Part shown: one piece after another, positions 14,067-25,117 of the stretch
Numbering within the stretch: position 1 is the stretch's first letter
Layout of the letters: each line of letters opens with the position of its first letter
Assembly: GCF_006345805.1 (NCBI RefSeq)
Contig: NC_042998.1
Span: forward strand, 53,630,001 to 53,694,000
Origin: Octopus sinensis
Taxonomy: Eukaryota
DNA: 64,000 bases
Direction: 5' to 3'
Program-made: the position numbers and the translations under genes
The notes under the pieces: generated by a model
What the model was told of the DNA's origin: nothing
Database searches by the model: none
Seen by the model: the letters and a program-made list of their open reading frames with translations, nothing else

Positions 14067-14552
14067 TCAGGCATTATATCATAGGTGTGTGTGTGTGTAT
14101 TACATTACAGTGTGTTAAATCAAGTCCCATTCTTACTCCATCTGTTATTCATGCAGTAGATAATAGATGGTGTTGTTAGCATCGTCACTGTAGTCATTTA
14201 ACCCCCTAGTTCAGCTTTAATTGTGCAGGTTTATGATCAAAGATGCTGCAGTTGCGATCATCTCATTTTTTTTTTCCGGGTTATGTAGGATAATATTATT
14301 CAATGTGTCCTTTCTGTTTGTTCTTTCTTTGTTTTTTGTCTTTTTTTTTTGTAAGCCAGTAAGGTGCGATTTGAAAGAGATTTCGCTATTATTACTTGCA
14401 GGTTGGGTGACTGCATACAGATTCACTCTATGGTTTGTGAGCATTTGTAGTATTCAACTTCAATGGATTCACCTATTTTTTCAATTATCTTATTTTTGTG
14501 ATTTTTTTTATTTATTTATACGTCTGTGAATGTGAATTTTTACATAGCTAAC

Positions 14553-14778
14553 ATAATACAAAAGTTTTGCAACACTTGATGGAAAGAATGTTGCATCAAG
14601 TGAAATTGATGAACCGATTACATGTCTTAATGGATTTCCACTTTGTAGTATTTCTAATGCTTCCTCTATAACAGGAATTCTATCATCTTCAAGGAAATGG
14701 CATCTAGCCGGAATGGCTTTCAATGAAAACTTTTTTGTTTCTTCAAAATGTTGATCAAATTGTGTAATGGTTCTTAAC
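14553..14778 (-). CDS. Candidate exon of an unidentified host gene
   Basis: tttcag acceptor, 226-nt open frame LRTITQFDQHFEETKKFSLKAIPARCHFLEDDRIPVIEEALEILQSG...KLLYY, GTTAGC donor. End phase 0 is compatible with the 10210 start. No homology recognised. Confidence 0.3.
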
Positions 14779-14794
14779 CTGAAAGCATTATCAC

Positions 14795-16135
14795 AAAACC
14801 TATATTAATATTCAAGCAGCTCATCGTTCATGCATACTTTCCATACTTCTGCTGATATATATCCAAGCCTGTAGCCGTATTGCTTTGTGTCAATTTGATT
14901 GAATCTTTCACCTCCTGCATTGTAAAATTACCAACATCAATAGGCAGTGGGTCAAATACCTTGTCAATATTTCCCTCAACTATCAAGGATGGTTGACCAA
15001 GTTATTTAGCAAAATTTTCCTGTCCCTAACTCCACACTTTCCTCAGGGCTTTCAGCTTCTATCATACCCTGGTTGGTTTTCTTTCTTCCAGTTATTTCAC
15101 TGATAACACTCCATGCAAGCTTAGCTTTACAATTCAAGTGAGTATTATGCAGTTGTTCTATTTTCTACTTAATGCAGCTTTCTTGTTCCTTAAATATGGT
15201 ATTTCTACCTGATACCACAATTTCTACCATAAATGTCCTCTACATAAAGATGGAACCTCAAATCCTCTCTTCTGATGGTGATACTGAGTGGTTTAAAATT
15301 CTAGCAGGCGCCCTTCAAGGTGACACATTAGCACTATATCTTTTCATAATCACTCTAGACAACATCTTAAGGGAAGCTATTGTTAATTAGCAGGATCTCA
15401 GCTTTATATTGACACAAAGAAGTCAGCAAAAATCTCCAATTGTTATATGTGAGACAAATTTCAATAATGACATAACTCTTTTATTAAATATCATTAATCA
15501 ACCTCTTCATAAAGTCAAATACTCTGTTGAGAAAACTGGTCTACACATAAATGTTACCAAGACAGAGTACATGTCACTTAACCAAGATGGAAATCTTGTC
15601 ACACTGGATGGTAGAATATTAAATTGAGCTGATGATTTTCTATATTTGGGCAACTGGATAAGTTCATAAAAAATGGATATTGATATTAGAATTATCAAAG
15701 CTTAGACTGCAGTGAACAAACTGTAAAAGATATGGCAGTCAGATCTACCTAGAAAGAAATCAAAATATCATTCATTAGAACATTTGTTGAGTCAGTGTTG
15801 TTGTATGGATCAGATACATGGACCCTGTAACAAGTAGTTGAAAAGTAACTAACCAGATGGTGAATACACTAAACTGCTTAGGGTTGTACAAAACATAAAC
15901 TGACATCAACATATCACAAATGAAAGTTTATATAGAAATCTGCCCAAGATAACAACAATAATTGCTCAAAAATGGTTATGATTTGCAAGACATCGCTAGA
16001 GAAGTAAGCAGGAAGTTATACACAAGTTCATATTGTGGGCACCAACATGCAGGAGACACAGTAGATACAGATCTGCTCAGACATTCATTGATCAACTAGC
16101 AGACAATACAAACCTCAGCAAGGAGCAATTGCCTT
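14795..16135 (+). mobile_element. Non-LTR retrotransposon (RTE-group-like) ORF2 remnant with inverted 5' segment
   Basis: + strand 15190-16135: LQGDTL, LHINVTKTEYM, DFLYLG, VESVLLYGSDTWTL. - strand 14795-15190: FTMQEVKDSIKLTQSNTATGLD..ISAEVWK. Confidence 0.85.
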
Positions 16136-16159
16136 TAATATTAAATTAATGTAGAATAT

Positions 16160-16375
16160 CAGTTTCAAATTTTGCCACAAGGCCAGCAGTTTTCAGGGGA
16201 GGTGATAAGTCGATTACTTTGACTCCAGGGCTTAACTGGTACCTATGTCATTTACACCGAAAGAATGATAGGCAAAGTCGACCGCAGTAGAATTTGAACT
16301 TGGAACTTAAGGACAAAAGAAATGCCATCAAGTATTCTGCCTGGCACAATAATGATTCTGCCAGCTTGCTACCTT
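16160..16375 (-). mobile_element. Family B-related SINE
   Basis: ggcaaagtcgaccgcagtagaatttgaact is the reverse-complement core of family B. Confidence 0.75.
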
Positions 16376-16544
16376 AATTATTGTAAACTATAAATAAATT
16401 TTTTTAATTACTACAGGCTTATATTATATATCATCATTATCATCATTTATTGTCCATCTTCTTGCTGGCATGGGTTGAACAGTTCAGCAGGATCCAGCAA
16501 GCTGAACGACAGCACCTCAGTTTCTATGAATTGATGTAATTCTT

Positions 16545-16765
16545 ATTTTTTTATTGCCCACAAGGGGCTAAACATAGAGGGGACAAACAAGGACAAAGAG
16601 ATTAAGTCGATTACATCGACCCCAGTGCATAACTAGTACTTGATTTATCGCCCCCGAAAAGATGAAAGGTAAAGTTGACCTCGGCGGAATTTGAACTCAG
16701 AACGTAATGGCAGATGAAATACCACTAAGCATTTCACCTGGCGTGCTAACATTTCTGCCAGCTAA
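16545..16765 (-). mobile_element. Family B SINE
   Basis: Aligns with 5890-6121. Confidence 0.88.
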
Positions 16766-16947
16766 GAATTGATATAATTCTTAGCACCAACCACTTTACA
16801 AAGTGTATTGGGTGCTTTCTTTTATGCTACAAGCACTAGTAAGGTTGCCATGTAACTTGCAATACAAAGAAAAAAGAAATCCCTCTTTAACTGAATGCAT
16901 ACTCTGAGCTATAGAACAGTAGAGTATCTAAAGAATGTTAGTTATGG

Positions 16948-17190
16948 CTAGTTCATGGGGTTGCCCAGGATTTCGAGTCCATAAGGTTACCCACTGGCCA
17001 TTACGATCTGATGAGATCTGTGTAATGCTAAGCTTTATCAATCGCATTCTTATCTGGAATCGATTTTTGTAATTTTTTCAAGACTTATACATGCCCTGAT
17101 ACCATTAATATCTACATATCAAATTTGAGCACAATCGGATGGAGGATGCCCGAGATCCTAGAAGACACACACAGAACAGATTTTATATAT
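16948..17190 (-). mobile_element. Short non-autonomous Helitron-like element
   Basis: Ends resemble those of the 48333-50118 Helitron: ctag...gttgcccagg at left and cacacacagaacagattttatat at right; degenerate. Confidence 0.5.
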
Positions 17191-17236
17191 ATATCTATAT
17201 AAATATATAAATACATATATACATATAAATATATAA

Positions 17237-17281
<45 letters not shown>

Positions 17282-18059
17282 TGTGTATTACATATTTTTT
17301 CATACTAACTTTTAAATAACCTTTACTTCATTTTTTTTTCTCTCCATGTTTGATGTTGCCTAAATATGTTTTTTACTATCTCTTAATCCTTCCTTTCACT
17401 ATGGCTTCTTGCTATTCTCTACTGCTCTGGGCGAAAATGCCCATTCGTAATATCCACTTCCCATTGTAGCATATATATAAAATACCTCTCACACTTGTTC
17501 TCCTCTCAGACTTTCATGCAACCCATTCCAGTGTTGGTATCTATTGGCACCCAGTTATGCACTACTAAGCTAAAATATTCTCTCATTTTTTCAGTCCTTT
17601 CATTCATTCATTACTAATATGCATTATTACTATGTACTTTTGTAAACTAATTATCTAAATTGACTTTTTGATATATAACTTCCTAATCTCTCTTTCTCTC
17701 TCTCTCAGCCTTAGTTCTCTTTCCCTCCTTTGTTTCCATGTTGACTACATATTTTTTCATACTATCTCTTAAATAACCCATAACCCTTGCTTGTTCATGG
17801 TGCACCCGCCCATTTCCACCCCCACTACCAATACCAGGTATCTCTCTTCTCTCACTGGAAACCCACTCCCTCACAGGTGGTATCCTCTATCATACCTGCA
17901 ATTTCACCTCCCTCCTCTCCCTCTCTCTCCTGGGACTAACACAACTAGTTTAGCAGCCCACCTACTTAATCTAACATTGGCATATTGATATTCATATTTA
18001 CTTTTATTTATTTATACTTATATCTGCAGCCATGCTTGAATGTTTGAATGATGACAGGT

Positions 18060-18945
18060 CAAAAGTGAGAACAGGTGTAGCATGTCTATCAAATGAACAC
18101 GGAAACCTTCTTTTCAGGTGCTGAATAACATCTACCCTTTCCATGCCTCCTCTCACATTCCTTTCCAAGTTTTTAGAGTTGGCACTGTCAATGTAGGTAC
18201 ATTGAGAGGTAGATGTAGTGAGATTGTAGAGATGCTTGAATGGAGATGTGCTGATGTATGCTGTATACAAGAGGTGATGCGGAGAGGAGCTTCAGCCAGG
18301 GTCCTCACAGGCAAGGCACATAGGTATTAAATCTTCTGGGAAGGTAACAGTGACGGAGTAGAGGGTGTAGGCATACTTCTTGCGGAGAAATAGGTGGATA
18401 ATATAAAGGTAGTCAGGGTGTGCAATAGAGTGCTTAAGGTCAGGCTAACCGAATGGCAATAACCTCATCTTTGTGGCTGGAGATTTTAATGGGCATGTTG
18501 GACAGCAATCTGGTATCTTCTATGGTTTTCACGGGGGCCATAGAATTGGTTCTCAAAATGAAGAGGGAACTAAGCTACTGGAGTTTGGTGATGCAAGCAA
18601 CCTATTAATCTGCAACACCAACTTCAAGAAGCCAGACAGCCACCTGATAACCTAACAATCTGGCAACTCAGCTAGCCATATTGATTCCATCCTCACCAGA
18701 CAGTGGGATGCATGGTTGCTCTTAAATACAAAAATCCTCCTTGGTGAAGAATGTACCCCTCCAGCATAAAATAGTCATTAGTGACTTTAGACTTGAGACC
18801 AGAAGGATGCCAAGAAGAAGACCAATCCAGAAAAGAAGGATTTGGAAGCTAAAGAACCCTTCACATTGTCAGAGATTTAGGGACATCCTCATTGAGAAAT
18901 TTGATGAGAGGAAGGAGGAGCTACAGACTTGTAACATAGAGCATA
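18060..18945 (+). mobile_element. RTE-clade LINE endonuclease fragment
   Basis: RVGTVNVGTLRGR...CCIQE, GDFNGHVG, NEEGTKLLEF, NTNFKKPDSHLIT, QHKIVISDF with stops. Confidence 0.92.
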
Positions 18946-19213
18946 ACATGACAGAAACTCCATAAGATGTATCCAGTGTAAGCTATGTATACATAAGAGG
19001 TGCAGCAATATCAAAGGAAGGTTAACTGGGATGATAGTTTTTGTGTGCAGCAGATGCACACGGGTAATAAACACTGAAGTTATTCAGATTCCATCACATG
19101 CTAGGGGGTAAACTAGAAGTAGTTGATAGCTTCCACTACTTAGGTGACCTAGTTTGTAGTGGGGGTGGATGCTGAGAGCGTTGCCACTATATGTATGTGG
19201 CAACTATATGTAT

Positions 19214-19420
19214 GCAGCCTTGGCCAAAAGTATTAGGCCACCCCAATATTTTGGAGTTCTGCTATCTTAATGTTAATGAAACTCGTGCACATGGTAGATT
19301 ATGGTATATTTCACAATATACATTAGTTTTAATATCTGGTTGACCCTCCTTAAGCATCAATTACCACTTTTATACTGTATTGTATATATGCAACCAATTA
19401 TGAGTAAGACCAACGTCCAA
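19214..19420 (-). mobile_element. Tc1-like terminal remnant
   Basis: TIR-like cagccttggccaaaagtattaggccacccc and a degenerate transposase end (VIDA*GGSTRY on the minus strand). Confidence 0.55.
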
Positions 19421-19823
19421 AATTAACTTATGTTTCCTTGATTATTTCAGAGTTTTATGCTAATGACACAATGCTCCATCATTGGGTTGTATGTAACAAA
19501 AGCAATGTAAATATCAAACTTGAGAAAATCTTGCATATTTTGACTGTTCTACTTACAGATAGTATTTGTAATTCGCAGTTGGTTGATTTCTTTTTCTGAA
19601 AACCTAAGCTTATCCGTATTGCCACTTAGACATTTACTCACAAAACCAACAGCAATAAAAAATATTGGTATAAAATCTGAATCTAGAAGCTAGAGATTTC
19701 AAAGCAGTTGTCCATAGTTATGTTCATTCTCTTTGATTTTCAAAGAGATATTCACATTAGCAAGGTGTCTGACCTCTATGATGGTATGTAGTTTTTCTTG
19801 TCTAACCCATACAACAACATCTA

Positions 19824-19933
19824 TCCTGTTGTGTCTGGGGATAGTCATTTTTTTTGTGCCTTATAATGTACCACATTATGTGTGTTACATAATAAGGTAC
19901 GAAAAGAAAATGACTCTCCCCAGACACAACGGA
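19824..19933. repeat. Long imperfect palindrome (~50-bp arms)
   Basis: tgttgtgtctggggatagtcatttt...gtgccttat / ataaggtac...aaaatgactctccccagacacaac. Confidence 0.9.
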
Positions 19934-20911
19934 ATATTCTTCAACATATGAACTCATATAAAGAATCTTGCAAACCAAATCTAAAAACGAAACATCTATC
20001 CTATTATGTTTATATTTGACATGTTTTTGATGGGAATATTCCACCAGTATTCCTTGTGTTGATGCTTGTGTATATTTATACAAATACAGGGGGATTCTCA
20101 ATATTCATTCCAGTATAATCTTTTTTCTGAATGGTATTGTATATTGTTCAAGGTACTGCTTTATGCATATTGTTTATTTGATGCAGATATTGTATATTAT
20201 TCATTGAATATTGTTCAAGGTGAGACATTGTGTCACATATGGAGGCAGCATCTTGATGGCATTTTTGGACAGTTGTAAATTGCATGTGTGATGTCTTCCA
20301 CAGAACTATGACATAATCTACAATTTTGGTTGCATCTTGGAGTTCCACAGGCGTCAGTCTCTTTTGTTTATTAATGTTTTGTAGCAATTTCCTGTTCTTG
20401 GATTGCAAATGTATAGTCTTTGAAGTGTGATATGATGTAGCTGTCACTAGCACCAGGGATGCTATGCTTCATCTCAATATTACTGTATTCTTTTTTTATA
20501 TATGTATCTATCTGTCTATATCTATGTGTGTATATGTGTGTGACAAACTCTCACTCTCTCTCTCCCTCTGTATATATATATATATATATAGCTATGTATA
20601 CATATACATATACACACACATATATGTATATATATACATGTATAAGTACATACATACACACACACTAACAAAGTTGCTATAATCATGACTGGAATGCCTC
20701 TGATCACATACTTGTTTAATGAGAGTTGACTCTGTGACCACAACAACAACAACAAAACAGGCTTCTTTTATGGAATAAATTTGCATAAATCTATTTTTGT
20801 TTGCCATATTTTCTTTCAACTCTTTTTAAAATATTTCCTACTGGCGGGAAGAAATTACAAATGATATTGTGAAATATGATTCAACTCCAATAATTCATCA
20901 TTTATATTTTT

Positions 20912-20942
<31 letters not shown>

Positions 20943-21650
20943 TCATAAATGAGGGCAAAGGAAAAAAATTTTAATGCCAAATATGCCGAAAAATTGGACA
21001 TATTGTCCATTAACCATGTAATTTTTTCACAATACCCACGCTACTCGAAAAAAGGTCGACAGAAATTTCTAAAAAATTCCATTATTACTCATTTATGAAT
21101 TGTTTATAAATTTAACCATTAAAGGTATTTTTTAATATGCTGGCCATTGATAAAATTTTTTTCGAGAAAATATTTTTTTTTTTTCGAAAAGAATTTTATC
21201 CTCACATTTTATCAGGTTAGTTTACCATTAAACAGTAGACGAAACGGTGCATCGTATAAGGAATTTCAGGGTAAATGTTTTTTTAATTTTCTCCTGGTTT
21301 ACAGAATTAATGTTATTTTGCGGTTGAAGCTTTTTGGCTGTTATTTCTAGTGGGTGAATGGTCTATTATGGCCGTTCCTTGATTGTGATATTGAACTTAA
21401 AAATGGTTTATGACTATTTAATTTTTTCCCACTAGGCCGCTGGGGGCAAAAGAATTCTACAAAATTTTTTTGCCTCCCTATATTGATTAATTATGAATTT
21501 TCTGGTTAGTTCCGTAATGGAATCGGCGGCTTATATTTATTTGCTGCCGATAAATTTGGCGCTTTTGCGACGATTTGAAAATTTTAGGTCAGATATTGGC
21601 GAGGCATGGACGTGAATGCCTCGTGAAAAATATCTGTTCCGATTTGGCTA

Positions 21651-21755
21651 TTCCTTACTGATGAATCTAAGGGCCTATGGTAGATTGGCTTGATTTAATT
21701 TAATCAGATTAGTTTACCATTAAACAGTAGACGAAACGGTGCATCGTATAAGGAA
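21651..21755 (+). ncRNA. Type I hammerhead ribozyme motif, copy 1
   Basis: Stem I ttcctta/taaggaa; CTGATGA 21658-21664; stem II atcta/tagac (A.C at 10.1-11.1) with 58-nt loop; GAAA 21733; stem III acggtgcatcgt; GUA triplet, predicted cut after 21748. Confidence 0.85.
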
Positions 21756-22142
21756 TTTCAGGGTAAATGTTTTTTTAATTTTCTCCTGGTTTACAGAATT
21801 AATGTTATTTTGCGGCTGAAGCTTTTTGGCTGTTATTTCTAGTAGGTGAATGGCCTATTATGGCCGTTCCTTGATTGTGATATTGAACTTAAAAATGGTT
21901 TATGACTATTTAATTTTTTCCCACTAGGCCGCTGGGGGCAAAAGAATTCTACAAAATTTTTTTGCCTCCCTATATTGATTAATTATGAATTTTCTGGTTA
22001 GTTCCGTAATGGAATCGGCGGCTTATATTTATTTGCTGCCGATAAATTTGGCGCTTTTGCGACGATTTGAAAATTTTAGGTCAGATATTGGCGAGGCATG
22101 GACGTGAATGCCTCGTGAAAAATATCTGTTCCGATTTGGCTA

Positions 22143-22247
22143 TTCCTTACTGATGAATCTAAGGGCCTATGGTAGATTGGCTTGATTTAATTTAATCAGA
22201 TTAGTTTACCATTAAACAGTAGACGAAACGGTGCATCGTATAAGGAA
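22143..22247 (+). ncRNA. Type I hammerhead ribozyme motif, copy 2
   Basis: Same elements; predicted cut after 22240. Confidence 0.85.
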
Positions 22248-22632
22248 TTTCAGGGTAAATGTTTTTTTAATTTTCTCCTGGTTACAGAATTAATGTTATT
22301 TTGCGGCTGAAGCTTTTTGGCTGTTATTTCTAGTAGGTGAATGGCCTATTATGGCCGTTCCTTGATTGTGATATTGAACTTAAAAATGGTTTATGACTAT
22401 TAATTTTTTCCCACTAGGCCGCTGGGGGCAAAAGAATTCTACAAAATTTTTTTGCCTCCCTATATTGATTAATTATGAATTTTCTGGTTAGTTCCGTAAT
22501 GGAATCGGCGGCTTATATTTATTTGCTGCCGATAAATTTGGCGCGAGTGCGACGATTTGAAAATTTTAGGTCAGATATTGGCGAGGCATGGACGTGAATG
22601 CCTCGTGAAAAATATCTGTTCCGATTTGGCTA

Positions 22633-22737
22633 TTCCTTACTGATGAATCTAAGGGCCTATGGTAGATTGGCTTGATTTAATTTAATCAGGTTAGTTTACC
22701 ATTAAACAGTAGACGAAACGGTGCATCGTATAAGGAA
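22633..22737 (+). ncRNA. Type I hammerhead ribozyme motif, copy 3
   Basis: Same elements; predicted cut after 22730. Confidence 0.85.
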
Positions 22738-23124
22738 TTTCAGGGTAAATGTTTTTTTAATTTTCTCCTGGTTTACAGAATTAATGTTATTTTGCGGTTG
22801 AAGCTTTTTGGCTGTTATTTCTAGTGGGTGAATGGCCTATTATGGCCGTTCCTTGATTGTGATATTGAACTTAAAAATGGTTTATGACTATTTAATTTTT
22901 TCCCACTAGGCCGCTGGGGGCAAAAGAATTCTACAAAATTTTTTTGCCTCCCTATATTGATTAATTATGAATTTTCTGGTTAGTTCCGTAATGGAATCGG
23001 CGGCTTATATTTATTTGCTGCCGATAAATTTGGCGCTTTTGCGACGATTTGAAAATTTTAGGTCAGATATTGGCGAGGCATGGACGTGAATGCCTCGTGA
23101 AAAATATCTGTTCCGATTTGGCTA

Positions 23125-23229
23125 TTCCTTACTGATGAATCTAAGGGCCTATGGTAGATTGGCTTGATTTAATCTAATCAGGTTAGTTTACCATTAAACA
23201 GTAGACGAAACGGTGCATCGTATAAGGAA
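23125..23229 (+). ncRNA. Type I hammerhead ribozyme motif, copy 4
   Basis: Same elements; predicted cut after 23222. Confidence 0.85.
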
Positions 23230-23615
23230 CTTCAGGGTAAATGTTTTTTTAATTTTCTCCTGGTTTACAGAATTAATGTTATTTTGCGGTTGAAGCTTTT
23301 TGGCTGTTATTTCTAGTGGGTGAATGGCCTATTATGGCCGTTCCTTGATTGTGATATTGAACTTAAAAATGGTTTATGACTATTTAATTTTTTCCCACTA
23401 GGCCGCTGGGGGCAAAAGAATTCTACAAAATTTTTTTGCCTCCCTATATGATTAATTATGAATTTTCTGGTTAGTTCCGTAATGGAATCGGCGGCTTATA
23501 TTTATTTGCTGCCGATAAATTTGGCGCGAGTGCGACGATTTGAAAATTTTAGGTCAGATATTGGCGAGGCATGGACGTGAATGCCTCGTGAAAAATATCT
23601 GTTCCGATTTGGCTA

Positions 23616-23720
23616 TTCCTTACTGATGAATCTAAGGGCCTATGGTAGATTGGCTTGATTTAATTTAATCAGGTTAGTTTACCATTATACAGTAGACGAA
23701 ACGGTGCATCGTATAAGGAA
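23616..23720 (+). ncRNA. Type I hammerhead ribozyme motif, copy 5
   Basis: Same elements; predicted cut after 23713. Confidence 0.85.
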
Positions 23721-24105
23721 TTTTAGGGTAAATGTTTTTTTAATTTTCTCCTGGTTTACAGAATTAATGTTATTTTGCGGTTGAAGCTTTTTGGCTGTTA
23801 TTTCTAGTGGGTGAATGGCCTATTATGGCCGTTCCTTGATTGTGATATTGAACTTAAAAATGGTTTATGACTATTAATTTTTTCCCACTAGGCCGCTGGG
23901 GGCAAAAGAATTCTACAAAATTTTTTTGCCTCCCTATATTGATTAATTATGAATTTTCTGGTTAGTTCCGTAATGGAATCGGCGGCTTATATTTATTGCT
24001 GCCGATAAATTTGGCGCGAGTGCGACGATTTGAAAATTTTAGGTCAGATATTGGCGAGGCATGGACGTGAATGCCTCGTGAAAAATATCTGTTCCGATTT
24101 GGCTA

Positions 24106-24210
24106 TTCCTTACTGATGAATCTAAGGGCCTATGGTAGATTGGCTTGATTTAATCTAATCAGGTTAGTTTACCATTAAACAGTAGACGAAACGGTGCATC
24201 GTATAAGGAA
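24106..24210 (+). ncRNA. Type I hammerhead ribozyme motif, copy 6
   Basis: Same elements; predicted cut after 24203. Confidence 0.85.
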
Positions 24211-24744
24211 TTTCAGGGTAAATGTTTTTTTAATTTTCTCCTGGTTTACAGAATTAATGTTATTTTGCGGTTGAAGCTTTTTGGCTGTTATTTCTAGTGG
24301 GTGAATGGCCTATTATGGCCGTTCCTTGATTGTGATATATATATATACATATGTTCTTCCTTTTGGTACATTCTGTTGTTGGTTATTGTGTGACTTCAGT
24401 AAGGTTTTCAAGAGTAGCTCTGTTGATTAAAAGTGGTTGATGAAATACTTTGAAAAAAAAAACAGAAATCAATTGATTCAATATCATAAATAGACCCATG
24501 CCATTGTCTGGCATGTTGGTTTCATTTGAAACGCAACATCTAATTAACATTTCATCAATAGGTTATACTATCTTTATTGTAGTTAAGGCTGCTGTTCTGA
24601 AAATTTAGGACATAAAATGTGTAATACCTATTTCTTTGCTACCCACAAGGGGCTAAACACAGAGAGGACAAACAAGGACAAATATCTCTTCTCAAACAAA
24701 ATGGGAAACATCCTTTCCCTCCTCGCTTCTCAGAAGTGTTACCC

Positions 24745-25117
24745 TCTGGAGGGTCTCAACCATTTTTTGCCAGTGGACCCCTTTGATTCCTATTTTACTC
24801 AGGGCAGGAGGACCCTCATAGCCATTTGCTGTCTAAAAACTCCTATTATATTTTTATAATTATATTATATTATAATTATATTATATTTATAATTATATTA
24901 TATTATATTATATTATATTATATCATATTATATTATATCATAATTATATTATATTTCATGATTAAATATTATTCGGAATTGTATAAAAAATTGCCAAAAT
25001 ATTTTATGTATTGTATTTTATGTATAACCAGTTCATTGCACATAAATTTTAATAACAAAATCTTGTATAGAACTCCAAGGTCCTTATGGAGTCCCAGTTG
25101 AAATCCACTGCTCTAAA
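24745..25117. mobile_element. hAT-type MITE remnant with internal (ATTAT)n
   Basis: Degenerate TIRs ..gggtctcaacc / agttgaaatccactgctcta resemble cagtggttctcaacc-type hAT ends. Confidence 0.5.

Larger units (their letters stand above)
21211..24338 (+). repeat. Tandem array of ~491-bp hammerhead-ribozyme-containing units (retrozyme-like satellite), ~6.4 copies
   Basis: GAAACGGTGCATCGTATAAGGAA recurs at 21241, 21733, 22225, 22715, 23207, 23698 and 24188 (period 490-492). Copies are nearly identical; no ORF of 60 aa or more lies wholly within the array. Confidence 0.97.

Noticed and set aside
21211-24338. Array as CRISPR or as coding repeat
   Set aside because: No repeat-spacer alternation (whole units are repeated), eukaryotic context, and no ORF of 60 aa or more within the units.
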